A program made the position numbers and the translations under genes. A DNA stretch of 64,000 nt, from positions 124,001 to 188,000 of the forward strand of contig CBFFRP010000280.1 of the NCBI GenBank assembly GCA_965644295.1. Direction: 5' to 3'. Source of the DNA: Paraphysomonas bandaiensis. Taxonomy: Eukaryota > Protista > Chrysophyceae. Positions 27,383-39,317 of the stretch are shown here, in pieces (within the stretch, counting starts at the first letter, position 1; each line of letters starts with the position of its first letter). The notes under the pieces were generated by a model. It had not been told where the DNA came from and ran no database searches. It saw nothing but the letters and a program-made list of their open reading frames with translations.

Positions 27383-29245
27383 CTATCTTTTCCATACAAT
27401 AGATTGTGGAATCTGTTCTGATAGACCAACTTCCATTGCACAATTTCCACATAATAAATACGAGCACACCATTGTTTGCAGGGCGATACTGATCTGATTC
27501 ATTCGCACTGCTCCACTAGCTAATCTCATAAGAAAAAATATTGTATTAACCAATTCTTCTGGACTCTTCGTGCCCCTACATGCAATAGTATAATATCTGA
27601 GATTGTACATAACCATTTCAAGGACAGTTTTGTTCAATCCTAGCAAGGATTCTTTGGCATAAGCTGTATGATGACCTTTCTCGTCGATGAAATGAAAGTG
27701 TTTCGTGTCCCAAACTGTAGTACATCTCCTATGCCATACACATTGAGCCTGTAGGAACTCGAGGCAGCCATGATAGCCTTTTCTTTCTGTAGGTTGTGTG
27801 CTTGGCAACTCATTACCCGGGGCTGGGGACGCGGCAGAGCATATATGAGTGTTAACTACTTCCATCGGATAGAAGGGACGGACAAAGTGCATAACGACTT
27901 CGTTATGACCGCAACATTTTCCATAGGCCCCTCCCCAATGATCGTCGTCCTTACAATAGGGATTCGGGCGCCATCCAATAGCAGTTACAATACAATCCGA
28001 CAACTGTCTCAAGATGCGTGAGGGTAGAAGAGATATCTCGAGTTCTGGGGGAGTAATTCCAGAAACACATTCACTAGTTTTGGCTGGCCCGGTAGAAGAC
28101 AACCGTTGGCGTTTTCGTGAACCATTTGAGCTAGGTGAGGCGGAAGAGAAGCAGAAATACTCGGCAAGAGCTCGACTAGCCTCAACCACTGAACGCACCT
28201 GAAATCAAATACGAAACGATTACTACTCCAACCAATTATTAACAATGTATCGCAGCCCTACCTTCCTGCTACAGTCATCGGCAGACGCCCCGGATCTACA
28301 CTCTCCTTTCCAGGGTGCCCCCAAATCTTTCCCATCCATTCTATCCATCCAGCGGGTTAGTGCTAGCGTGCGACCGGCAGAGACACTTCGCTTCGCATCA
28401 TTCATCCCTGAAAACTCCTCAAGCATACCTAGAATCTTCATTTTTTCGCGAAATATTTTCTTAGAATCTATCTGAACGGCAGCTGCATTACCAGATGCAA
28501 CAGCAGAAACAGCCGCAGAGCGACCCAAAAAAACTGCTAGCTTGTTCCGCAACGCTTCTTGTTGCTGTTGTAGTTGCTTCGTTTCTGCACTAAGCTCACC
28601 TGAATCTACATCTGCAGCAGTGGATACGCTTCGACAAGACAAGTTAAACAGCTTACGCGCGACGTTTACTCGAGCACACGCTTCTGATAAAGATATCTCT
28701 GAGGTTTTACACGTATACCTTTGTGAAATACTTTGAAGTTCTACCGATTTTGATTTATCGAAAACAAATATATGTTTGGCGGTCTGGAATACAGGACATT
28801 TGTTGGTGTGGTGATAATCAATAGTTCCTCTAGTATGGATGACGATCTTGCATTTTAGAGATGGAAATAAACTGTGTAGTAATGAGACCTTATCGCCACT
28901 CAATAGAATCACTCCATTAGAGTCTGAGACAACAGATTTCAGTGTCTTTGATACCAAATTGCGATGAGATTTCTGTGACACCGCAACTACAGGAAGAAGT
29001 ACCTTAAGTATACCAGCTATCGTACTAATCTCAGAGGGACTAACTATCACTACACATGGCTGGGGCTCATTCATTATAATATGATATAAACTCTCTTCTA
29101 GAGGCTTTGTGTGAACCCATCCAAACCCCTCATATATGACCTCTCTGGATATCATTCCAGGGGTTATAGTCACCATCCCCCCACCGTGATTATCATGGGG
29201 ACGGGAAGACTGTGGTTTTTTAAAGCTTTTAGTTTTTTTTGTCAT
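27383..29245 (-). CDS. Hypothetical protein: degenerate DDX24/Mak5-like helicase C-terminal region fused to a Cys/His-rich domain
   Basis: Two exons (intron 28199-28261). N-half has LYHIIMNEPQPCVV, ARVNVARKL and EALRNKLAVFL. C-half has WGGAYGKCCGHNEV...YHGCLEFL. Confidence 0.6.
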
Positions 29246-31055
29246 GATTTGAAGGTGATTGTTAAGTGTGGATGATAGAGTGTGTTGATGGAACAACTTG
29301 TGAATGCATGGTGTGTACATGGACTGCTGGAATGTACTGCATCACTGGTGATGTACTGGTAGAGGTGTACCGGTGTACCGTATATATACTGTTTATGTAG
29401 TACTTTCGTAGTGGTGTACTGCTGTGTGTGAGCTATTTGTACACCTGGCTCTGTATACATATAGTATATCTGCCTATATTCGCACACGGCAGTATATGAT
29501 CGATTACACGTACATATCTAGCTAGATATCTAATCCCATATCGTGTGATCCATTGCATTCATATCACATATACTGTAAAAATGTGTTACTTTGACAGCTG
29601 ATAAGTCACTACTTGATGTCACTCATGTAATCAAGGAGGCTCATGACGAATCCTACCCCGGCACTGTACTATTGAATCGGGTAGGAGAGTTGGCAAGTAG
29701 AGGCACGAAGAAACGTGATGTATATCTAATCAATTCGGAATTCTATACTCACTAAGAGCTTGATTCTTCATGTGACCGTTATAATATTAATTTCTAACGC
29801 TGAAGATTTATCGGGCATCCTGTGACTGATGGTTGCAAGAGTTTATGTGCTTGCTAAGCATACACGCACTCGGAATGGGATACCATATGATACTAGCTAT
29901 CATTAGCATGAGTTAAACCCGCCATTAACTAATTATGATTGGGTGCAAGATGACAATGAGATATTGTTTTCGTATTTGTAGTTTGCACTCTCTCGAAATC
30001 AGAATACCCCAGTGTATAAGGTTGGATATTTGTCAAGCATTCTGCTTTGGTGGCTAGTGTTATGTAAGTAAACTATGGTAAATTTTCAGTTGACTATCAC
30101 ACTCGTAGGTGCCCTTTGATAAATTATGATCATATGCTCGATGTATTCTGATGGTGTTATAATGCTACTTTTATTGTTGTGTACTCGTTTCTAATAATCA
30201 AGCGTTTCCCTTGCTTGTGTGAAGCTATCTTGTGAATAACTAAGCCCATGGACCTTTCTGCAGTATGCAATATTTTGCTGTACAAATCGATTTTTTTATT
30301 TTCACCACATTTTGTGTGTGTACGTGTGTACCATTTGCAAGATAGTTGTTTTGTTGTGAACAGAAATTCTTATCATCTTAGATACTTAGCTAGATACTTC
30401 TACTGGGTAATCATACTGCGTACGTTACTCAATAAACTTGAATTTAGTCTTCATACTAGTCACTTCGGCGCTGAATCTAGATCTCCTCTAAAATATTTGC
30501 TTATTGCTATACATAAATGATAATTATTATCATGCATCTTAGGATAGTAAAAATATTTCTACATTCTATATAAGAATCAAACGAATGATTACTTTACTAT
30601 CATTGTGCCTCCTTTCTCGCCAAATCTGACAACTGTGTTCTTTCCGTTTCAGTAAACCAATCCGTACACATTTTAATTGTGTTGATGGTGAAAGCCAACT
30701 CAAACGTCAGACTGAATTGTTTGAGTCAAGAATTAAGGAAGAGTAAAACTTTGTATCCAATAGATGATTAGTACATTTATCAAAATACGAACAATAAACT
30801 GAAGAAACTTCAAGAAAAATGTAGAATTGTGTCGCCACAGAGTGAAACTTGGAAAGTAAAAAACGTGGCAAAACACATCCTCCAAATCACAAACACATAC
30901 AAATAGCATGACATTGTACTCATTCCATGTTATTTCAAAACTGGTATGCGATATTTATCACAACTGCTACATGCAGCTGTTCTTAGTACTACACAAACAA
31001 TCTGTCTCATATTAAGAGACAGAAAAAAAACTAACACTAGCCGAATATCGCCGGC

Positions 31056-31748
31056 TCATGTTAAGTGGGGCTTTAACTCCGCAGATCCAGTAAGGGGTAA
31101 TGAATCACGGTGTTCCTCCTCATCAACTGATTCAGCTGAAATGATCCCATCAATATCAATAGCACACTCTTTATGACCCACTGTGGAGAGATATGTCTGC
31201 CACATTACTTGCGCCATTCCAATGAACGTGGGACGCATATAAATCGGAACAAACCGAAAATTCAGAAAATTTACCCATGGCCATATCATACAATCTGCCG
31301 CCCAAGTCTCAAGAAATGACTCATTAGATTTCTTGGTCATTGTATCGTAAATATCACCTATGGACCCACCCTTATTTATAGAGGCGTAGGTGAAGAATAC
31401 CCCAATGGAAAACGGAGCGTAGACCAGCTGGTCGACAAAACATTTAAACACTACCATTTTAACATTTTTCATAGCAGATCCAAATATCCTGTCAAGTGAT
31501 CGATACCAGAAGTGTAACATGAACCCATTCATGAGTACACCCACAGTACCTGTGCGAACGGCCCGCATCACATCAATAGTTGCTGAATTATTCCCCTCGC
31601 TGCTCTGCGCAACCATTTGAGACAGAATATCTCCCACTGCAAATGTCCCAAATCCAGAACAAGAGTTAGCCAATATTGGCCTCTTTTGAAAGTATGCATG
31701 AATAAGAGATGGGATCTTAACTGTTCGTAAAGCAATAGATAAAGCCAT
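31056..31748 (-). CDS. Mpv17/PMP22 family membrane protein
   Basis: RPILAN...GDILSQ; LHFWYRSLD; KCFVDQLVYAPF; DCMIWPWVNFLNFRFVPIYMR...WQTYLS. Confidence 0.93.
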   Translation of the reverse strand: MALSIALRTVKIPSLIHAYFQKRPILANSCSGFGTFAVGDILSQMVAQSSEGNNSATIDVMRAVRTGTVGVLMNGFMLHFWYRSLDRIFGSAMKNVKMVVFKCFVDQLVYAPFSIGVFFTYASINKGGSIGDIYDTMTKKSNESFLETWAADCMIWPWVNFLNFRFVPIYMRPTFIGMAQVMWQTYLSTVGHKECAIDIDGIISAESVDEEEHRDSLPLTGSAELKPHLT

Positions 31749-32404
31749 ATATATCTCAGTTAATTCAGAGGAAGAAACTCTAAATTTATGTACCCCACCA
31801 AGTTATCCTTCGTATAAATCTAGATTAATGAAATGGGGAGAAAATAGAATTGAATATCAAGGATAAGGAATCTGAATGAGTGATATGTAGCATCGGAGCA
31901 CGCTAAAGTATGATCATACTAGTAGAAATACTCGAAAAAATCAAGAACATGTGTTGAGGCATCTCCTGTGATCCACACACAGAATCTGAATCTTTTTTGA
32001 TGACGCTTACTTTTATTGTCTACGATAATTTCCCTATAGAGTGATACTGATAGATGTGTATACAGGATTGTATTCTCCAAAAAGAGAAAGTCCAAACCGG
32101 TAATAAATATCCACAGGGCAGAAAAGGACATATTGGGGATATTATGGGAGTGATTGAATCCTCCAATCATATCAACCCAAATGAGATAAAGTGCTTTTGA
32201 TTGAGTGGACATGTAGTGATAATGCATACTTGTCATTGCATATCCTCTTGCACACGTTCAATGACAGAACTCATATACTATCGATGACGTTTCAACCAAA
32301 TATTATAAAAATCAATAACATGTTATCTACATGAGTGAGACTAACTTAGGATTCCCTGAAGGCAGACTTTGATATCAGAAGTCACCATAATTTTTCTAAG
32401 ACTT

Positions 32405-32769
32405 AAGTCGAGGTAAACCTGGTTTTTGATGTAAAACCTGGTGAAATTTTTGATGATGGTTGGAAAAGGGTATAACTATGCACAATAAGTAACTATGAAG
32501 ATAATAACAGTATGAAAAGTATTATTTATAATATTTTTTACTAATTTCTTCCATATTACTTCAGTTTTACAGCAATAAAAGTCACCGACTACACATATAT
32601 ATTACATACAGTTCACAAGTATGAACTGTAACCATCTCACTACACACCACTTTACCATCTCACTAAACACCACTATACCATCTCAAAATACACCCACATA
32701 CCATCTCACGATACACCCATATACCATCTCACTATACACCCATACCAGGTTTTGGTATTACCTCGACTT
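32405..32769. mobile_element. MITE / non-autonomous DNA transposon (365 bp)
   Basis: Perfect 12-bp TIR AAGTCGAGGTAA (32405-32416) / TTACCTCGACTT (32758-32769), subterminal AAACCTGGT motifs at both ends, and a flanking CTT direct repeat (32402-32404, 32770-32772). Confidence 0.75.
32631..32747. repeat. Minisatellite, ~23-bp unit (ACCATCTCACTATACACCCATAT-like) x5, inside the MITE
   Basis: Five imperfect copies, each starting accatctca. Confidence 0.9.
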
Positions 32770-33017
32770 CTTGCTAAGCATCACAAAGATTTCATGGGCT
32801 CCAAAATATTAATGTAGCTTATTCAAAGTTACCTACATTCGCGGTAACTTCTAAATTCAAGGAGCGTAACGAGAGAGGTTTTAACGTTGTTTTTAAGCAT
32901 ATAACTTCTTAATTAGGCGGATTCTTCATTAGACTTCAACATTCCACATTCCAATGGACTATTTGCATAACTAATTTTCGATCTATAACACTAGTTTACT
33001 CAAAACATGCAGCGAGA

Positions 33018-34799
33018 TCATTGTTTCGTATTTGCGTTCGGTGGTTCTGCTGTAGTGCCCAAGGCACCTTGAGATCTCATAGCGTAACCGACAGCAATTA
33101 CTCCAGCAGCTCCAGTAACTAGTGCTGTCGCTATTGCCCTAGAGCTCATTCCACTCTTGCTACCGGAGGTAGGAGAAGTAGTAGCAGTCCTGAGCACATC
33201 ATCGACAGTGATATCTGGTGCCTGGTACAAAAAGTTGATACGAACACACATAAGATGGCGCATATACCTTCATTGCCTCCTCCACCATATCTGCCATTTC
33301 TTTGATAAAGGCCTCATCGGTGTTGAGGGCAGGTGCACGCTGCCAATTAACTATCCCAGCCTCCTCTGCCACTTCTCTACGCGTGTTCAAAATCAGATGT
33401 GCCGTCAGTGCAAGATATATTACCTGTACTCCATATCTATCTCTTCAAGCGTTTCAATATGCTCAGATACAAATGACACCGGAACCACGATCAAATTCCG
33501 GACACCTTCAGCACCCAGTTCACGGAGTGTATCATCAGTGTAAGGTCGTAGCCATTCAACTGGACCCACTCTGCTCTGAAAAGACAACCTGCAGCGTACT
33601 CGCCAATCACAACCCTCTTCGAATTCTCCCGTATCACCTGAACAAAGAGAAGCCGACGTGTAAAATGATAGGATAAACGTGAGAGTATTTTACACGTACC
33701 AGGCAACTTGATTGACAGCCCTCCCTCTGTGGCCTCTGCTCTCAGGATAGATCCAAGTTTTTCAGACACAAGTGTGGCACAGCGTTCTATGTGATCCTTA
33801 TAGGGGTCCCCCGCATCAATATAGCTTACGGGAACGCCATGTGCACTGTAGTTTCCGTTTAGAATTATCATATGGACAATTCAACTGACAAAACGCACCT
33901 GAAAAGGACCGTGACGCCTTCAGATCGCTGCTCTGGAGTAAAGCGTCGATAGCGTTCGGCGATGAGGGCTGCCATTGCTGATACATAGCCAGGCCGTGAG
34001 TACCAATATGGAATTACAGTGTGACGCAATTTATGTGCGCCCCATACACCGGGCTCCCTATAAATAGTACATAAAATCGTTGAGGTGGTTATACGTCTTC
34101 TCTCACTTATCAAATGCTTGCTTCAATACTCCGAGAGATGATCCTGTCGTCGATATCGAGTAATGGGGATAGAGTGGCAGTACAACCAGTGTTGTCACAC
34201 CGTCCTGCTTGATTCGCTCGAGTGCCTGTGAACACACCTTATACTCATTCTTTCAGGCAGAATAGGATTGTACCTGCTCTGTATAGGGCTGCCAATATCT
34301 CATACCTACGTAGCAAGTCGCATTTTTGATACCTCGTCGGTCTAACTCCTGCATCACACCATTCGCTTGAGCAGCTGTGTACCTTGTTTACGTCAATGAG
34401 GCAAATCATCAATGCAAAATTTTATGCTTACATATTTATCGGTGATCCTCCACCAATAGACTTGTATGCTGCGGCGCTTTTGGGGGCGCGATTTCGGGCA
34501 ATAAAATAAGCTATTGGCTTCTGTAAAAATGATAATATTTTCGGCAATCGAATGATGTCAGGGTCAGCGAATAAATTGTAAAGGAAGCCTCTAACGTCCT
34601 CCTCTTTCTCAGGCCCTCCAAGATTCAACAGTAGGACACCAATTTTTGAATGATTCGAGGTCATTCTACTCTCAGACACAATATTCTGAGAATTGTGTGT
34701 ACGAGGTGTCATATTCCATTTCGGAAATACAGACGCCTCTACATCTACACTACAGAGCACTGCACATATTGCCAGATACACCACAGTCAATCCCTGCAT
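33018..34799 (-). CDS. hemH: Ferrochelatase with N-terminal signal peptide (probable complex-plastid targeting)
   Basis: [78 protein letters not shown] and [18 protein letters not shown], assembled over 7 GT-AG introns. Confidence 0.96.
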
Positions 34800-35277
34800 A
34801 TTAGATTCACTACTTCACAGCGTGTTGGTGTATTGAAGAGAGCGATGTCAACAGGAGTCCATACTCTAGACTGTGGAGTGCTTCTTTTAAGAGGTTTCTG
34901 CATCAATGCACACATTGCTTGATTCCCTTCTTCAAACAGTACGATGTCTATAATTCCCCACTTTTCATATATAAAACGGGAATATATAGGTGTGAAAAGC
35001 AACTCCAGTATATTACGTACAGAGGAGTGCACAGAACAGCACTGTGAAATACTGCTGCTGTCTACGGCAGTATTCCATTTTATATGATTGTACAGGCAGT
35101 ATTCCATATTGTATACAGCTGCACACATCTAGTATATGGATGGTGTGGTGTGTATATTTAGTATTGCTTAACTGCTGCAAGTGGGGCCATACTTTTCTGC
35201 CTATATTCACACATAGGCTACTCTTTCCAAGGCACACTGCACTGTATTGAATAGCCTAGACACATAAGACATTCCTG

Positions 35278-36540
35278 ATGGCATCTTCATTATGGAGCTC
35301 TGATGAGGATGACCACATCAAGGGCATGCTAGAGCCACTGACGTCTAATGGATCGAAGAAATCTCGAGTGTCTGGTCTGTTTGATAGCGATAGTGCTGAT
35401 GATAACGATAGCAATGGAATACTGAACCCTACCTTCTCCAACCCATCTTCGAAGGTAAAACATGGGTCTAAGGAGTACTTCAAGGAATTGTATGAGCAGG
35501 AACACAAGCGCAGACTAGAGCTAGAGAGTGAGGTCGAGTCTCTTACTTCTCAAATTAGTATATTGCATAGTTTACTATCCGAAGCAAATAATCGAGATGG
35601 CGGAGAAGTTAATATTGAGGAAAATGAAGACGGTAATGATCTAATATCACTTGAGGAGAGACAGGAGAGTCGTCGACTTCATCAGCTGAGTCGTCAGAAG
35701 CGATGTGCTCGAGCAGGAAATAGACGTAGCAATATGCGCTCCTCCAAACCAGTAGCTATGGCCTCAGAGGATGATTCTGTTTCTATTTTACAACTGCAGG
35801 AGACAGAGCAAAATGTGTTTCAAAAGCAGGAGACAAATGAGGATGAAGGAGATGAGAAAACCGACGAGCAAATTGGAGCACAGGAAGATAATCTGGATGA
35901 GGTCAAGTCAGCCGCTCAGGCGATTGATGCACAAGAAGATAACCTGGATGAGGTGATGTCAGACGCGCGGGCTATGGAGGAGGAAGCGCGGCTCGAAAGG
36001 CAGAGGCAGAGGCTGAGGAGGGTTAATCGCAGGCGGACCCAACGAACTCGCCAACAGGGCGGAGGATCTCGCACTGCCAGTCCTGCTCTCACCACCACTT
36101 CTGAGTTGCCCATCCCCCCTTTGCATCAGTCATCAAACACAGAGGCGACGCGGACAAGTATTTCGAGTAGCAGTAGCGGGTGGAGTAGTAGTAGCAGTAG
36201 CAGTTGTGATGAAGATAGCTGTAGTGAGGAAGTGTGTGTGGTTAGTGAAGTTAGCGCTGAGGATATAGAGAAGCGTGTTCTGCTCTGGTGTAGAGGAAAG
36301 GACCTTCTAGCAATGATTCAAACTCTCCCACAGCTCAACACGCAGCATCTATCTCTTCCTGGCATCAATGAATCTCAACTTTCTAACCCGCAGCATGTCC
36401 GCAAAGCCTATCTGAAGATAGCTAGACATTGCCATCCTGACAAACAGCGAGGGCGAGCGGAAGATAGGCTGCTCAATGAAAAGATATTTTCAGCACTTGC
36501 AGATGCCTATCAACAATACAAATCCCAATACAATATATAG
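35278..36540 (+). CDS. Auxilin-like protein with C-terminal J domain
   Basis: Coiled-coil and disordered N-terminus. C-terminal W..GKDLLAMIQTL...VRKAYLKIARHCHPDK...EKIFSALADAY carries the HPD motif. Confidence 0.85.
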   Translation: MASSLWSSDEDDHIKGMLEPLTSNGSKKSRVSGLFDSDSADDNDSNGILNPTFSNPSSKVKHGSKEYFKELYEQEHKRRLELESEVESLTSQISILHSLLSEANNRDGGEVNIEENEDGNDLISLEERQESRRLHQLSRQKRCARAGNRRSNMRSSKPVAMASEDDSVSILQLQETEQNVFQKQETNEDEGDEKTDEQIGAQEDNLDEVKSAAQAIDAQEDNLDEVMSDARAMEEEARLERQRQRLRRVNRRRTQRTRQQGGGSRTASPALTTTSELPIPPLHQSSNTEATRTSISSSSSGWSSSSSSSCDEDSCSEEVCVVSEVSAEDIEKRVLLWCRGKDLLAMIQTLPQLNTQHLSLPGINESQLSNPQHVRKAYLKIARHCHPDKQRGRAEDRLLNEKIFSALADAYQQYKSQYNI

Positions 36541-36964
36541 GTCATAATAATATAAGCATAGTATATTATCATTAATTCGTATTTGTTGATTTCACTGAAT
36601 CTTCGTGGTAAACAACTAACGGTTCGCAGGCGTAAAATAAGCACTTATGCTTCATCAACTTTGTTGATTATATTCATAAAATTATACACGGGGGTCACTT
36701 GGTATGTATTCGACATTCTAAACTTTGTAAACATCAACGCTACACGGGTTCCATACAGTTGGACTTTGCTACTTAGTGCACATTGCACATATCCAAGCCA
36801 ATCAACTTATATGCACTCCATTACTTCACATTCATTCTATATTTTCTCTTGAGAAAAGTATAACATAATTAACTGTTATTTAGACAATATTTCATATTTA
36901 ATTAGCTCATTTTGTCAGTTAAACTTTTATTCGTACTGATGTGCATAATGTAATGTACAATTAA

Positions 36965-37630
36965 GCCGCATGCTCTGACTGCGGGTTTCGACTAGATTTC
37001 CTAAAACATATGTGCCTCGACTGCACACATGAATCCATCACCCAAATAAGGGAAACTGCATTTCAATCGCATAAAAATGTGCTCCACGAAATACAGAGAA
37101 CTCAGACCTTACCCAACTGGATCACATCTGCACTACGGAGACTCTCCAGCAGAGCCTGGAATCCCTCCATCCCACAGGTCGAGAGATACTGGACTGGAAC
37201 CATCACAGCAGCCCAACTGGAAACGGTCTTCGGAGATGCCATACACAACCACCTGACAGCACACAGTCTACGGAACCTAGAAACAGCGGTTATTAATCTC
37301 CTGCAACCGCTTTACACTGCAGCGAAGCTTATGTTACAGGATCGCGGTTGTCGCTATATCACCATGTCCAAAAGGCCGCCCAGGCTACTCCCGAGACCCC
37401 GTCCGAAACGCAGTCAGTCAAGACAACGCCCGAGAGTCCTTCGCTTACTAGGGGTCCAACGACGACCCCCCACAGCGTATCCGACTCCAGACACACGTGC
37501 ACACCTCACAGGTCCTACCCGACAGAGCACTGGACTGCCCAGACCTCCACAACGCCGACGGCTTCGACAACTCTATCTACACCCGCGGCCCCACAGGAGC
37601 ACAGTAACACAGACTACAAACTCAGAAGTT
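36965..37630 (+). mobile_element. 5'-truncated LINE fragment with CCHC zinc finger
   Basis: From 36971: CSDCGFRLDFLKHMCLDC = C-x2-C-x8-H-x4-C, the canonical post-RT knuckle of non-LTR ORF2. GC-rich and homologous to 18640-19570. Confidence 0.8.
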
Positions 37631-37644
37631 ATGGTAAGGTAAGA

Positions 37645-39317
37645 ATGGATGAAAATGAGATACTGAACGTCTCAGTGAGAAGTTTGGGAATGTGACTTTA
37701 TCAGATTTCGAGCAGTTTCGAATTAATGCCCGACGTAATTTTGATCACACGAAGAGTAAGCGCCCTACCCGTCTACATGAAGGTGTTGATTTATCGTCAC
37801 CTCACCTTCTCGGTCGCGAAGATCTTATTACAAGAATTAAAAGTATGGTTCGTAGCGAAAAGTTTGTATTTTTACGTGCTGCTCCTATGTCTGGGAAAAC
37901 TTCACTCACTCAACTTCTCGCTCTCCACTATTTTGAAAACAAAGAGGATATTTGTCCAATTAGCATTTCCTGTTTGAGTTGGCCATCCAAAATGTCTTTT
38001 GAAGATGGTTTTGCAAATGTGTCTGGACAAGAATTCTCTCTATATGAGATGGCTGACCGTATCAGTGAGGAAACTCAGAGGGAAATTGTTTTGATTATCG
38101 ACGAAGCCCAATTGCTGTACAATCATATATCAACGACAATATGGGAGGATATCAAGAGTGGTACAGTTCCCGAGAACGTCAAAATTTTGTTAGTATCTTT
38201 TTAGGGTGAAAATTCACGCTTTCAAAATGGTGGCACACCAGTAATGTTCAATGACTGTCAGCGTTTAGGGTTGCATGATTTGTTATTTCCAAAACGTGTT
38301 GTCTCTGACTACTTAAAAATCAATTTTTGACCTACCGAATGAGTCTATGTCTGATTCAGATACATGTGCTTTATGCGATGCTATATATGCTGCTACGAAT
38401 GGTCACATTGGACTGTTGTTGCTAATTACAGAAATTATGGAAAGCAAGTAGTTGGTCCAGCTTTGAAAGAAAGGAAACTGCTAAAAATTGTCGACATGAT
38501 GCGATTTCTGTTGTCACATAGTATAACTGTATTGGTTAAGCATTGATATTGATGTACACAACGTATCTGTATAGGTGTTCGTAGGAGCTTGAGTATATTA
38601 GCAGATGATGATTCAACAGAAATTCTGTACGACAATGCGACCCACTTTCTCTTAGTTCAAGGAGGGGTTGTTTATGTAAACCCGGATGGATACCTGCAGT
38701 ACACCTGTCCACTTGTGAGAAGTGCTTTTATGACATTGGTGCGATCCCTTGATGATTTGCATATTGACCCGTTTTATATTCTGCCAAAGCAGCTCTCGGA
38801 GTTCATGCTGAACTGCCTCAGTCGTTTTGAATCATCATCATTGCTACAGTCACAATGCCGAGCTAGAAATAGTTCTGATGAGCTCCTGGAAAGAAAGTTC
38901 CAGATGGATTTCTATTGGATTGCTCCAAGTCTTCTATTGTCACATTTAAAGATTGACCCAGACGTGGGACATAACTTCGGTGAAGATTTTGCAGTCGATT
39001 TTAAAGTCAACGGAAAACACAACTGGGCAATCGAATTCCTTGTTGAAAGTTCTTGTGTGGGGGAGCATCTTCAGAGATTTAAACCAGGGTGGAAATATTA
39101 CGATGTACTGCCATTTTTTCAACATATTGTAGTAAATTTTGTGTCATATGCTTGCACTGACACAAATGACATGAGTGCCATTATTCAAGAAAGAGACAAA
39201 AGTAGCACATCACTGCACAAAACAGAACCTCACTACATGCGCGTATAATACCCTAGAGACTTTTCAAAGTTTGTAGTTGTTTTCGAGCAAAAGTACATTG
39301 AGCTTCCACTATTGTAA
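37645..39317 (+). pseudogene. Crinkler/CR-type NTPase + restriction-endonuclease-fold gene, disrupted
   Basis: LLGREDL, Walker A RAAPMSGKTSL, Walker B LIIDEAQLLY and ATNGHIG, then ERKFQMDFY...AVDFKVNGKHNWAIEFL...EHLQRF. Frameshifts plus in-frame stops at 38202-38204 and 39246-39248. Confidence 0.8.

Noticed and set aside
29598-29720. Possible exon (DKSLLDVTHVIKEAHDESYPG...) or hairpin
   Set aside because: No start codon or downstream exons could be joined.
32631-32747. Possible CRISPR-like array
   Set aside because: A degenerate tandem minisatellite without unique spacers, in eukaryotic DNA with no cas genes.
35878-35979. 51-bp internal duplication (AQEDNLDEV x2) in the J-domain gene
   Set aside because: Real, but an ordinary feature of a disordered region.
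38202-39248. TAG/TAA at plausible Tyr positions suggesting stop-codon reassignment
   Set aside because: Conserved genes in the window end normally at TAA/TAG, and this gene also has frameshifts, so it is a pseudogene.
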